From contig JBFMGX010000020.1 of assembly GCA_040752595.1 (NCBI GenBank), forward strand, positions 21,622 to 85,621: a stretch of 64,000 nucleotides of DNA, written 5' to 3'. Both the position numbers and the translations under genes were made by a program. Source of the DNA: Candidatus Zixiibacteriota bacterium. Its GTDB lineage: Bacteria; Zixibacteria; MSB-5A5; WJJR01. Positions 41,869-49,270 of this stretch are shown piece by piece. Below the pieces are notes generated by a model that saw only the letters and a program-made list of their open reading frames with translations, ran no database searches and was not told the DNA's origin. Each line of letters opens with the position of its first letter. Within the stretch, counting starts at the first letter, position 1.

Positions 41869-42840
41869 TTAGGACCGGCGGCTGACGGAGTGGTTGACCA
41901 GGGATTCGAGCGCCCGCTTGTACGGCGAGTCCGGGATGTCGCCGATCAGCGCCAAAGCCTGGCTGCGGAAGTCGTCGGCGCGCCTTTGCGCATAGTCGAA
42001 GCCGCCCCGTTCGCGGACGAACGTGGACACGGCACCGAGATTGGCCCCGTTGTCCGTCGACAGAAGCTGGGCGAGACGGCGCCGCTCGTTGTCATCCGCC
42101 TGCCGCAGGGCGAAGATCAAAGGTAGTGTGATCTTGCCCGCCTTGAGGTCGTTGCCCGGCAACTTGCCCGTTTGCGCCTGATCGCCCACGAAATCCAGCA
42201 GATCGTCGGCAATCTGAAACCCCAAGCCGACCAACTCGCCGAAGGCCCGGAACCGTTCCCCCGAAGCGCCGTTGCCTCGTGCCAGGGCGCCGGCTTCGCA
42301 GGCGGCGGCAAAGAGCGAGGCCGTCTTGTCGCCGATGATGCGCATATACTCCTGTTCGGTGACGGCGAGATTGTGGGTCTCCTGCAATTGGAGAAGCTCC
42401 CCGACGGCCACGCGCTCGGAGGCGACCGAAATCGTCCGCAAAACCCGCGGATCGCCGCAGTCGACCATCACGCGAAAGGCCCGCGCGAACAAATGATCGC
42501 CCATGAGGACAGCGGCGAGGTTGCCCCAGATCCGATTGGCCGCCGGTCGGCCGCGGCGCTGGTCGGCGCCGTCGTTGACGTCATCATGCAGCAGCGTGGC
42601 CGTGTGAATCAACTCGATGGCGACCGCGCCGTCCACCCTGGCCGGATGATCGGCCCCATGGACATAGGCGGAGAGGAGATACATCGCCGGACGGATGCGT
42701 TTGCCGGGCGAGGCCAGGACATGGGACGACATCGCCCCGATGATCCCGGCGTGCGCGCCCAACTCGCGCGCAAATGCCCCCTCGAACTCATTCAGTCCGT
42801 CGGCGATCAGTGACAACGTCTCTTTCAGGCCCTGATCCAT
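41869..42840 (-). CDS. Long-chain polyprenyl diphosphate synthase (IspB-like)
   Basis: First DDxxD region, LLHDDVNDGADQRRGRPAA; second, GFQIADDLLDF. Start trimmed to ATG 42840. Confidence 0.85.
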   Translation of the reverse strand: MDQGLKETLSLIADGLNEFEGAFARELGAHAGIIGAMSSHVLASPGKRIRPAMYLLSAYVHGADHPARVDGAVAIELIHTATLLHDDVNDGADQRRGRPAANRIWGNLAAVLMGDHLFARAFRVMVDCGDPRVLRTISVASERVAVGELLQLQETHNLAVTEQEYMRIIGDKTASLFAAACEAGALARGNGASGERFRAFGELVGLGFQIADDLLDFVGDQAQTGKLPGNDLKAGKITLPLIFALRQADDNERRRLAQLLSTDNGANLGAVSTFVRERGGFDYAQRRADDFRSQALALIGDIPDSPYKRALESLVNHSVSRRS

Positions 42841-43044
42841 CGCTCCAAGTCCAGACCAGCATTTAACTTGCCCGTGCAATTGGAGTCAACCAAAAAAGCC
42901 GATGGTGGCCAGAGTCTGGGTTGTTTGAAACCCCGACAGGCTGCCGCCGCCGGCGGTGAGCGAAAAGCGCACACGCAAAGTCAGGGGACAGACTCCTTCA
43001 GCACTCTCCACGGCGGACCGGCCGTTACCGACCGCCGCACGCGC

Positions 43045-43440
43045 TTATCGCCGCGGGTCCGCTTGAGTAGCATCAGAAGCGGCGTAACCTGAGATGGAAT
43101 CGGCTGGTGGGGAGGGATTGAGGTAAGCGCGCGACACGCACACCGGCTCGCGCTCGACCAACTTGGACCCGCCGACTCCGAGGGCGATTCCGAAGACAAT
43201 GAGGGCTGCCGCCCGCAGAAGCGGATACAGGGCCAGGCGTCTTGGACTCGGGCTCCACGCCATCGCGTCCTGCCACTGGGGCCGGACGCTCCCGATAGTG
43301 CACAGATCCCTCCTGATCCTCTCCAGTCGCGCACGACAGTCGGCGCAGGCTGCCAGGTGTGCTTCGATCACACTCGCCGCATCGGGGCGCAAGACCTCCA
43401 ACGCGTGTGCCAAGAGCTCGTCTTCATCAACGTGGTTCAT
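43045..43440 (-). CDS. Anti-sigma factor (zf-HC2 type, single TM)
   Basis: HLAACADCRARL (H-x3-C-x2-C), a TM helix ALYPLLRAAALIVFGIALGVGG, and a 4-nt overlap with the upstream ECF sigma gene. Confidence 0.65.
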   Translation of the reverse strand: MNHVDEDELLAHALEVLRPDAASVIEAHLAACADCRARLERIRRDLCTIGSVRPQWQDAMAWSPSPRRLALYPLLRAAALIVFGIALGVGGSKLVEREPVCVSRAYLNPSPPADSISGYAASDATQADPRR

Positions 43441-43997
43441 TCCAAAATCCCCTTCTGTCTCAGCATTTGACGGCAGGACTTGACAGCGTAGAAGATCCGC
43501 GACTTCACCGTTCCGAGCGGAGCCCGCACGAGTTCGGCGATCTCTTCATAGCTGTGGCTCCCGTAGAATCGCAGGACCAAGACATCGCGATGTTCCGCAC
43601 TCAGCGCGCGAATCACTTCGACCACGAGACGATCACGTTCATCGGCCAGGATCCGCTCCAGCGCGTTCTGTCGATGGTCCTGTGGATCCTGCCCGTCGAG
43701 CTTCACGTTTCGCCTCGACCTCTCGGTCTCCTTCACCGCCAGCCGATAGGCGATGGTGCCGAGGTACCCTCCCACCGTCCCCTGGTGGTGGCCGATATCA
43801 GCTCGCAATGCCCGGATGAATGTCTCCTGCACCACGTCGTCTGCGGCCGCGTCCGATCCGGTGATGAGAAGCGCCAGCGCGCCGAGGCGTGCCCGGTGCT
43901 CTTTTATCAGAACACGCCATGCACGATCGTCTCCACGACGGGCCCGGTGGAAGTACTCCCATCCTGGAGTCAGCGATGAATGCTCGGATTCCGGCAC
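43437..43997 (-). CDS. ECF-type RNA polymerase sigma factor
   Basis: Region 2 is DDVVQETFIRAL...GYLGTIAYRLA. Region 4 is EHRDVLVLRFYGSHSYEEIAELVRAPLGTVKSRIFYA. Confidence 0.85.
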   Translation of the reverse strand: MPESEHSSLTPGWEYFHRARRGDDRAWRVLIKEHRARLGALALLITGSDAAADDVVQETFIRALRADIGHHQGTVGGYLGTIAYRLAVKETERSRRNVKLDGQDPQDHRQNALERILADERDRLVVEVIRALSAEHRDVLVLRFYGSHSYEEIAELVRAPLGTVKSRIFYAVKSCRQMLRQKGILE

Positions 43998-45277
43998 GAT
44001 ATGCCTTGTTCCCTACACCATGCCTCGACTTCCTCAATCTCAGAACAGCAGGAGCCGCACCATGCCCTCGCCGTCTCGCCCCGACGCTCATCAGTCAGGA
44101 GCTTCTCCACGTGCTCCACGTACCAGTGGAAGAGCCCGCTGCGCAAGCTCGGCGCGTGCTCTTTCAGTGGCATCAAGTTCGCCACGGCGGCGCCCGCGTA
44201 GTTGGAGACCAGCATTCGCCCGGCATCGGTTTCGGGTGCATGGCGCAGCCGCCAGCCGTCCAGTCCCCCGGTTCGAAAGGCGCCGATCCACCGGCCATAT
44301 ACGGTCTGGAGTTGTTCGCCGTAGGGGATACGGGGTACGGTCACAAGGGTCGCCAGGCCCAGGTCCCTTCCGTTGGCGACAACCTCTTTCAGCCGGTCGG
44401 TGGCATGGACAGTTCTCGACACGAAGACGGGGCGTCCGGCACGCTCCGCGGAGGCGATGATCCGGAGGATCAGCGTATCGCCGAATGGTCCTCCCGGCGA
44501 CGGCTGCATCTTCTTGTTCTTCATTCTCTCGAGAATCGCGCTTCGCAGGTTGTCCAACTCTTTCTCGTCGATGAACCGCGGCAAACCCTGTTCGATCATT
44601 CGCATCGGATACCACGAGGTGTTCAGCAGGCTGCGGTTGACAATGCTGACATCCGGACGTACGTGCAGGAGGCGCGTGAGAATCCAACCGGGGTAGGTGT
44701 CATTGTCACCGTTGGTGATGAGAATCGCGTTTTCCTCCAAGCTGATCAGTAGGTTGTAGTTATAGTCCATCACCTCATCGGCGATGATCCCGCTCTCCAA
44801 CAGACGACGTAGCGCCAAATCCAGACGCTCCGCGTCGCGGGAGTCCATGTAGTGAGTGACCAGCGGAAACCATGGGTCAACAAAACCCGGCTCGATGGCG
44901 ACGGCGCGTTCCAGATACTCCCGACCGGCCGTGTCATCATGCGCCCCAAGACGTTCACAGGCCTTCAGGTAGAGCAGAGTGGGATTGGCAGGGTATTTCT
45001 CCAGGCCCGCGGCCAGGAGCTGCGAGTAATTTCCATCCCCTGCGTAGCGCGCGGCATACATCCAGTTGGCGTAGGCGTATTCGGAGGGAAAGGCATCGTA
45101 GTAGTCCTTCCACAACGTTGCCAGCTTCGCGTACGTGGCGTCGTCATAGACGACCTGTCGCTTGCTTCTGATTTCCTCCGGTCGCACGATCTCTCTGGCC
45201 GCTGAGTCCTTCGGCGCCAGGACACCGAGCAGCATCACCAGCGCTGTGCCCACCGCCGCGAGATTCTTCCGCATCAT
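43970..45277 (-). CDS. Hypothetical secreted protein (helical-repeat N-terminal half), upstream of the ECF sigma gene
   Basis: AGGAG lies 8 nt before ATG 45277. Signal peptide MMRKNLAAVGTALVMLLGVLAPKDSAA. The segment ILITNGDNDTYPGWILTRLLHVRPDVSIVNRSLL recalls DUF2723-type proteins, a weak call from memory. Confidence 0.5.
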   Translation of the reverse strand: MMRKNLAAVGTALVMLLGVLAPKDSAAREIVRPEEIRSKRQVVYDDATYAKLATLWKDYYDAFPSEYAYANWMYAARYAGDGNYSQLLAAGLEKYPANPTLLYLKACERLGAHDDTAGREYLERAVAIEPGFVDPWFPLVTHYMDSRDAERLDLALRRLLESGIIADEVMDYNYNLLISLEENAILITNGDNDTYPGWILTRLLHVRPDVSIVNRSLLNTSWYPMRMIEQGLPRFIDEKELDNLRSAILERMKNKKMQPSPGGPFGDTLILRIIASAERAGRPVFVSRTVHATDRLKEVVANGRDLGLATLVTVPRIPYGEQLQTVYGRWIGAFRTGGLDGWRLRHAPETDAGRMLVSNYAGAAVANLMPLKEHAPSLRSGLFHWYVEHVEKLLTDERRGETARAWCGSCCSEIEEVEAWCREQGISCRNPSIHR

Positions 45278-45668
45278 GAGATTGTCTCCTTTCCCAATCA
45301 TACAATCCCTGACAGAGCGAGAAGTTCAACGAAAAAGGGAGCCCTGGCTTACGAGAAGGAGCGTGGGGATTTCAAGCGCAGTGTTCTCATGTGGCGCGCC
45401 GCGGTGGGGGGAGCGAGTTTGGCGAGGTCAACAGGCGATTCGCGCAGTGTGTAGCGGTGAATGGGAGGTGGACGAATCGCCTGAGCCCTGCCTCGGCGAG
45501 CCGGGCTGCCTGTCACCAGATCTGTGTGAGGCCGGTCTTACTCCGTCCTGCAGCGGTTCGGAAGAACGCCGCAGGCAACTCGACACCCGTCGGATGTGCA
45601 AGCAGTCCGAGAGAGCGGCCAGAACACTGACGGTTGACGAACAATGACTCAATCAGGATGAACTTGAT

Positions 45669-45750
45669 TGGTGGAGGCGGGGGGAATCGAACCCCGTTTT
45701 GCGATACGGGACATGGGGTTAAGTGGTACTGTGGCCAAATCGTGACCACA
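45669..45750 (-). repeat. Copy A: displaced tmRNA 3'-end fragment (att-like) plus shared ~55-bp arm
   Basis: tggtggaggcggggggaatcgaaccccg matches ssrA 48255-48280 (one C fewer) and carries an encoded CCA. The following gttttgcgatacgggacatggggttaagtggtactgtggccaaatcgtgacc is shared only with copy B. Confidence 0.8.
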
Positions 45751-45784
45751 TTCTGCACCCGTCTGGCCGACGCTGTGGGTGTGT

Positions 45785-46225
45785 CTATAGCAGCTCAGGA
45801 TGATGCGTCTTCAGCCAGTCCTTAAGCAACTTCGCGAGTTCACGCGCGAGCCTCAGCACCTCGGCGACCTCGGTCTCCGAAACCGTACCGGCTGCATCAT
45901 AGCTGACGATGCTCCGCTTCTTCCGAAATGCGTGGAGGGTGGGGATCAACCCGGCAGGTGGCTTCATAGTGAATCTCCAGGACTCGATTGTGCGGTAGTG
46001 ATGGCCGTCGCCTTCAGGTGCGCGGTATCCGCTGGCGCGCAGGGCGACCGTGGCACAGCCGAGACAGGCGTTGTATGCAATGGCCAGCCGCCAGTCGGCG
46101 GAAATCTCGGACTTCCCGGCTTCCGCAATGTCGCGATCGACTTTCTCCAGGAGCGCTTTCACCTCGGCGGCGCTGGTCGTGTGGGCTTTCAGCCAGCCGC
46201 TATTCAGCCAGTCGGCCAAGCTCAT
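45785..46225 (-). CDS. HEPN-like domain protein (putative toxin partner of the adjacent nucleotidyltransferase)
   Basis: 146 aa from ATG 46225 (MSLADWLNSGWLK). All-helical, with the segment HAFRKKRSIVSYD resembling the R-x(4-6)-H/Y region of HEPN proteins. Overlaps the MNT gene stop by 26 nt. Confidence 0.55.
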   Translation of the reverse strand: MSLADWLNSGWLKAHTTSAAEVKALLEKVDRDIAEAGKSEISADWRLAIAYNACLGCATVALRASGYRAPEGDGHHYRTIESWRFTMKPPAGLIPTLHAFRKKRSIVSYDAAGTVSETEVAEVLRLARELAKLLKDWLKTHHPELL

Positions 46226-46862
46226 CTGGACCTCCGATGAGGAAGATCTTGTCTGAAGCCAGCACGCTGAGAACGAAGTGGTTCTTCTGTTGAATCTTCC
46301 CGACAAACTCCTTTTGCGAGAACACCGATGGATTGACTGATCTGCCCAACACTTGCTCAGTCTTCTCCAATGCAGAGGCCAGGTCGCGCAGCTTCACACC
46401 GCCAATGACCATAACGTCAACATCGCTGCGTCCTGTCTGGGTCTCTGAGGCGATCGACCCGTAGACAAACGCGATCTTGATCTTGCGCGATTGCGGACGT
46501 AAGGCGGCCCGGAGGGTGTCGGCGATGCCAAAGGTCTTCACAACGATCGCACGAAGCTCTGGGAAGATGGGGCAATCGCGTTCGGCCGAGTAATAGCGTT
46601 GACGGCCGACGAGTTCCGATTTGAGAACCCCGGCCTGCGTGAGCGCAGCCAGCTCGCGCTGTACGGTGCCAGGCGATCCTCGGACAAGCCGGGCGATTTC
46701 GCGAAAATACAGGCGGCGGTCAGGGGTGGACAGAAAGGTCGTGAGCAGTTGCCTGCGGATCTTGGAGAAGAGGATCTCACCTGCCGTTCGCTTCGGTCTT
46801 TGCGATGGACTCGTTGATCTCATCTTGAGATCAATTGATCTCAATTTGAGTACGACTGTCAA
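46200..46862 (-). CDS. Winged-HTH + minimal nucleotidyltransferase (MNT) fusion protein (putative antitoxin)
   Basis: The wHTH is LYFREIARLVRGSPGTVQRELAALTQAGVLKSELVGRQRYY. The NTase motif is FVYGSIASETQTGRSDVDVMVIG. Confidence 0.75.
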   Translation of the reverse strand: MTVVLKLRSIDLKMRSTSPSQRPKRTAGEILFSKIRRQLLTTFLSTPDRRLYFREIARLVRGSPGTVQRELAALTQAGVLKSELVGRQRYYSAERDCPIFPELRAIVVKTFGIADTLRAALRPQSRKIKIAFVYGSIASETQTGRSDVDVMVIGGVKLRDLASALEKTEQVLGRSVNPSVFSQKEFVGKIQQKNHFVLSVLASDKIFLIGGPDELGRLAE

Positions 46863-47038
46863 GCCAATTCGTGGAAGAGAATTGACTAGGCCACGGGTTA
46901 CCCGTGCCCATGTAGTGTGGCCAGATTGTGACCAGGATTATTCCGCGTTATCCGATGCGGTTGAACGATATAGCAGGGCGACCGGGGGGACAAGACCCCC
47001 GTCCGTCTCGTAACATATTGACGCGCAACGAAGTGAAC

Positions 47039-47120
47039 TGGTGGAGGCGGGGGGAATCGGACCCCCGTTTTGCGATACGGGACATGGGGTTAAGTGGTAC
47101 TGTGGCCAAATCGCGACCGG
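47039..47120 (-). repeat. Copy B: displaced tmRNA 3'-end fragment (att-like) plus shared arm
   Basis: tggtggaggcggggggaatcggacccccgttttgcgatacgggacatggggttaagtggtactgtggccaaatcgcgacc. Differs from copy A by only 2 substitutions and 1 indel over ~80 nt. Confidence 0.8.
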
Positions 47121-47202
47121 ATGCAATACAGGACATGGTGCCAAATGGGCACTCCGCCCGAATCGTGATCACTTCCTGCGCTGTTTGTCAGCGGCCACGA
47201 AC

Positions 47203-47877
47203 CTACCGAAACCACCGCACACCGCCGTCTGCCCCATCGCCTTGGACCCGTCCGCAATGGGGACAACGAGTCCATGAATCCACTCGCTTCCCCGCCACAA
47301 CATACCGCCCACCACATGACTGGCAGACAGACTCAAGACCTCGTTGAGGAGATGGCTCGTTCTCCCTTGGGCGCGCGTCTATCCGTCCATCCGTAGTGTC
47401 CTGAGACAAGTCGGAGTTCTGGTCGATGGGATAGCAGCCACAGATTCTGACCACCACTCGCAACGCGTCCTTCAACGGCAGTTGAAAGAACTCACTCCTC
47501 TCAACGCGGTACTCCGACAGTTCCTCGTGGATCCTCCGTTCCGCAGAATGGTGATCGCTGACCAATTCCTCGTAGACAACCTCAAAGCGGCCGGGCACGC
47601 CGGTCGGCTCCGATAGTTCACTGGCCCGCTCCTCAGGAGGATGGCTGGTCTTGCCTATCTTGTACAGGTCCGGGGAATGACGCGGGTTTCTCAGCACGTA
47701 GATGTAGCCTGCCGTCCCGGAGTCAGGTGGGTGTTTCGCATCAACGGGATAGAGTCGGTCGAACCAATCAAGTACGTTGTGGCCGCAAGCCGGGCACAGC
47801 TCACAACGTGCCGTCAGCCGTGCGCCGCAACCAGGGCAAAATGTGTGGGGTTGGTCTATGTGGTCTTCCTCAACCAC
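47203..47877 (-). CDS. T5orf172 / MUG113-type GIY-YIG-superfamily protein flanked by two zinc ribbons
   Basis: Core is GYIYVLRNPRHSPDLYKIGKTSHPPEERASEL...FEVVYEELVSDHHSAERRIHEELSEYRVERSEFFQLPL. N-terminal CPGCGARLTARCELCPACGH and C-terminal CQSCGG...CPHCGR. Confidence 0.75.
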   Translation of the reverse strand: MVEEDHIDQPHTFCPGCGARLTARCELCPACGHNVLDWFDRLYPVDAKHPPDSGTAGYIYVLRNPRHSPDLYKIGKTSHPPEERASELSEPTGVPGRFEVVYEELVSDHHSAERRIHEELSEYRVERSEFFQLPLKDALRVVVRICGCYPIDQNSDLSQDTTDGRIDARPRENEPSPQRGLESVCQSCGGRYVVAGKRVDSWTRCPHCGRVQGDGADGGVRWFR

Positions 47878-47895
47878 TGCGGGATTGCCAAGGGC

Positions 47896-48141
47896 TCAGG
47901 ACCAGAAGTGTCGTTTTGCGAACGCGTGGCCGGAGCCGGATTTCAAGTATCGCTCGAATGCTACCGCGCACGAATCGGCCCTGAACCGGATGGCGACTTC
48001 GACTTCCCAAGGCACATTCTTGGACGTGTGCACGGACTTGCCGGTGTTGTGCTCGTTCAGACGGCGGTTCAGGTCGTCGGTAATACCGATGCAGGTCTCT
48101 GTCGGGTTGGAGAGACTACGGAGGAGATAGACGTACTTCAC
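47896..48141 (-). CDS. Small GIY-YIG nuclease-family protein (UPF0213-like)
   Basis: 81 aa: MKYVYLLRSLSNPTETCIGITDDLNRRLNEHNTGKSVHTSKNVPWEVEV..., with the GIY-YIG core Y-x-Y...G-x-T...R...H/E...N. Lies 18 nt upstream of the T5orf172 gene. Confidence 0.8.
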   Translation of the reverse strand: MKYVYLLRSLSNPTETCIGITDDLNRRLNEHNTGKSVHTSKNVPWEVEVAIRFRADSCAVAFERYLKSGSGHAFAKRHFWS

Positions 48142-48215
48142 TGATGCGACTCCAGTGGATGGTATCCGCCCTGCTTCGCAAGCATCGCCTCAGGCGCCGT
48201 TTGCTTTGCAGGGCA

Positions 48216-48254
48216 TTCTGCATAGCGAGGCGCGAGGCGCCTCGCGGCGCAGAA
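48216..48254 (-). terminator. GC-rich nested hairpin immediately 3' of ssrA
   Basis: Outer stem ttctgc/gcagaa (48216-21 / 48249-54) and an inner perfect 16-nt palindrome cgcgaggcgcctcgcg (48231-48246). No U-tract. Confidence 0.4.
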
Positions 48255-48609
48255 TGGAGGCGGGGGGAATCGAACCCCCGTCCGAAAGTGCCTACAAGAG
48301 GCCGTCTACCCGCGTAGTCGGTCGTTTGTATCTCGCCCCGTCAGGCGCCGAGCGACAGGCTCCCGGCAGAGCCATCCCGGTTTAGCTTCGCCGGATGCTC
48401 CCGGGAGCGGCGTCCAGCTATCCCTCCTTATCGTCGAGCGGTCAGGCGCCGAGGGCGGGCCCCTGAGCCGTCGGGCTACCTGAGATTAGGCAGCCAGCGC
48501 ATACGAATAGTCGTCTGCGTTTCGTTGTGTCCCAATGGTTTAACGAGGATCTTGGGGACCTCGGCGGGCAAACCTCCCTTCGGCGACTCCGTCGAAACCA
48601 GTCGCCCCC
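48255..48609 (-). ncRNA. ssrA: tmRNA (ssrA), one-piece, ~355 nt, CCA not encoded
   Basis: The 5' end is GGGGGCGACUGGUUUCGACGG and the 3' end is GGACGGGGGUUCGAUUCCCCCCGCCUCCA. The acceptor pairs GGGGGCG with CGCCUCC, including the G3:U wobble. The internal tag reading frame is GCA GAC GAC UAU UCG UAU GCG CUG GCU GCC UAA = ADDYSYALAA* (48486-48518). The resume codon is not certain. Confidence 0.9.
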
Positions 48610-48677
48610 ATGACGTTTACATACGTCCATGCCGACTACGGGTTACAGGGGGGTGCTGTTTGCCTTAGGGGGGTGCA

Positions 48678-48707
48678 GGAATCGTCGGGAATCGTCGGAA
48701 ATCGTGG
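48678..48707. repeat. Three tandem 10-bp repeats (GGAATCGTCG, GGAATCGTCG, GAAATCGTGG), 70-100 bp upstream of ssrA
   Basis: Read directly, with one-helical-turn spacing. Followed by cggaaatccgccg. Confidence 0.7.
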
Positions 48708-49270
48708 CGGAAATCCGCCGCGTCGCGGGTGGCCCTTGACCCTTACGTTTGTTGGATTCCGGGCGGCAAATACCGCTTGACAACGGGCAACTTAGCCTTA
48801 TTGTATTAATCGGGTTAGATGGCCCGGAACGACGCCAAGGACCATTGAGACAACAGGGTTGACCTCGGTCGAGACCGCGTTTTTTCGGAACCAGCTTACT
48901 CCCATTTACTTGCCCCTTCGTCCGGGTCCTCTCCCCGGACCGCGTGTCGGCAGGCACTGATTGGACCATACGGGGAAGACTGTCGCCCCGATAGCGCATC
49001 GTCAATCGCGATATCCGGATTGTGCAGGTGAGTACGTTTTCTGAGAGATTTGGCAGAACGTCTACCATTCGCTAACGATCAAACATCAAGCCCACGGCTT
49101 GGGGCAAGGGAGGTGGTTGCGCACAACAGACTCTTGGGTTGGATCGGCAAGTCAGTTCGACCTGGTGGTCGTTCACCGATTTCGATCGGTGGCCGATACA
49201 ACAGGAGAAGTGAACAACATTCCGCCGCGGGGCGGGATGGGAACGAGGCCTCGAGTTCAAGGAGAGACGC

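Larger units (their letters stand above)
45669..47038. mobile_element. Distal integrase-less islet bounded by two ssrA-3'-end copies (cargo: HEPN + wHTH-MNT)
   Basis: Bounded by the near-identical ~80-bp copies A (45669-45750) and B (47039-47120). Each contains the 24-26-nt ssrA 3' core. No recombinase ORF is present. Confidence 0.5.
47039..48254. mobile_element. ssrA-proximal integrase-less islet (cargo: GIY-YIG + T5orf172 genes)
   Basis: Lies between the functional ssrA 3' end (48255) and displaced copy B (47039-47120). No recombinase ORF is present. Confidence 0.5.

Noticed and set aside
45669-45750. The two TGGTGGAGGCGGGGGGAATCGAACCCC-containing units (also 47039-47120) considered as tRNA or extra tmRNA genes.
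   Set aside because: Only a T-arm, a 3' acceptor strand and CCA are present. No complementary GGAGGCG 5' acceptor strand, D-arm or anticodon arm can be folded from the adjacent sequence. They are interpreted as displaced 3' fragments.
48643-49068. 141-aa minus-strand ORF between ssrA and the 1110-aa gene.
   Set aside because: It has no start context and a basic low-complexity translation. It overlaps the tandem decamers and promoter-like AT-rich sequence, and is more likely non-coding leader.
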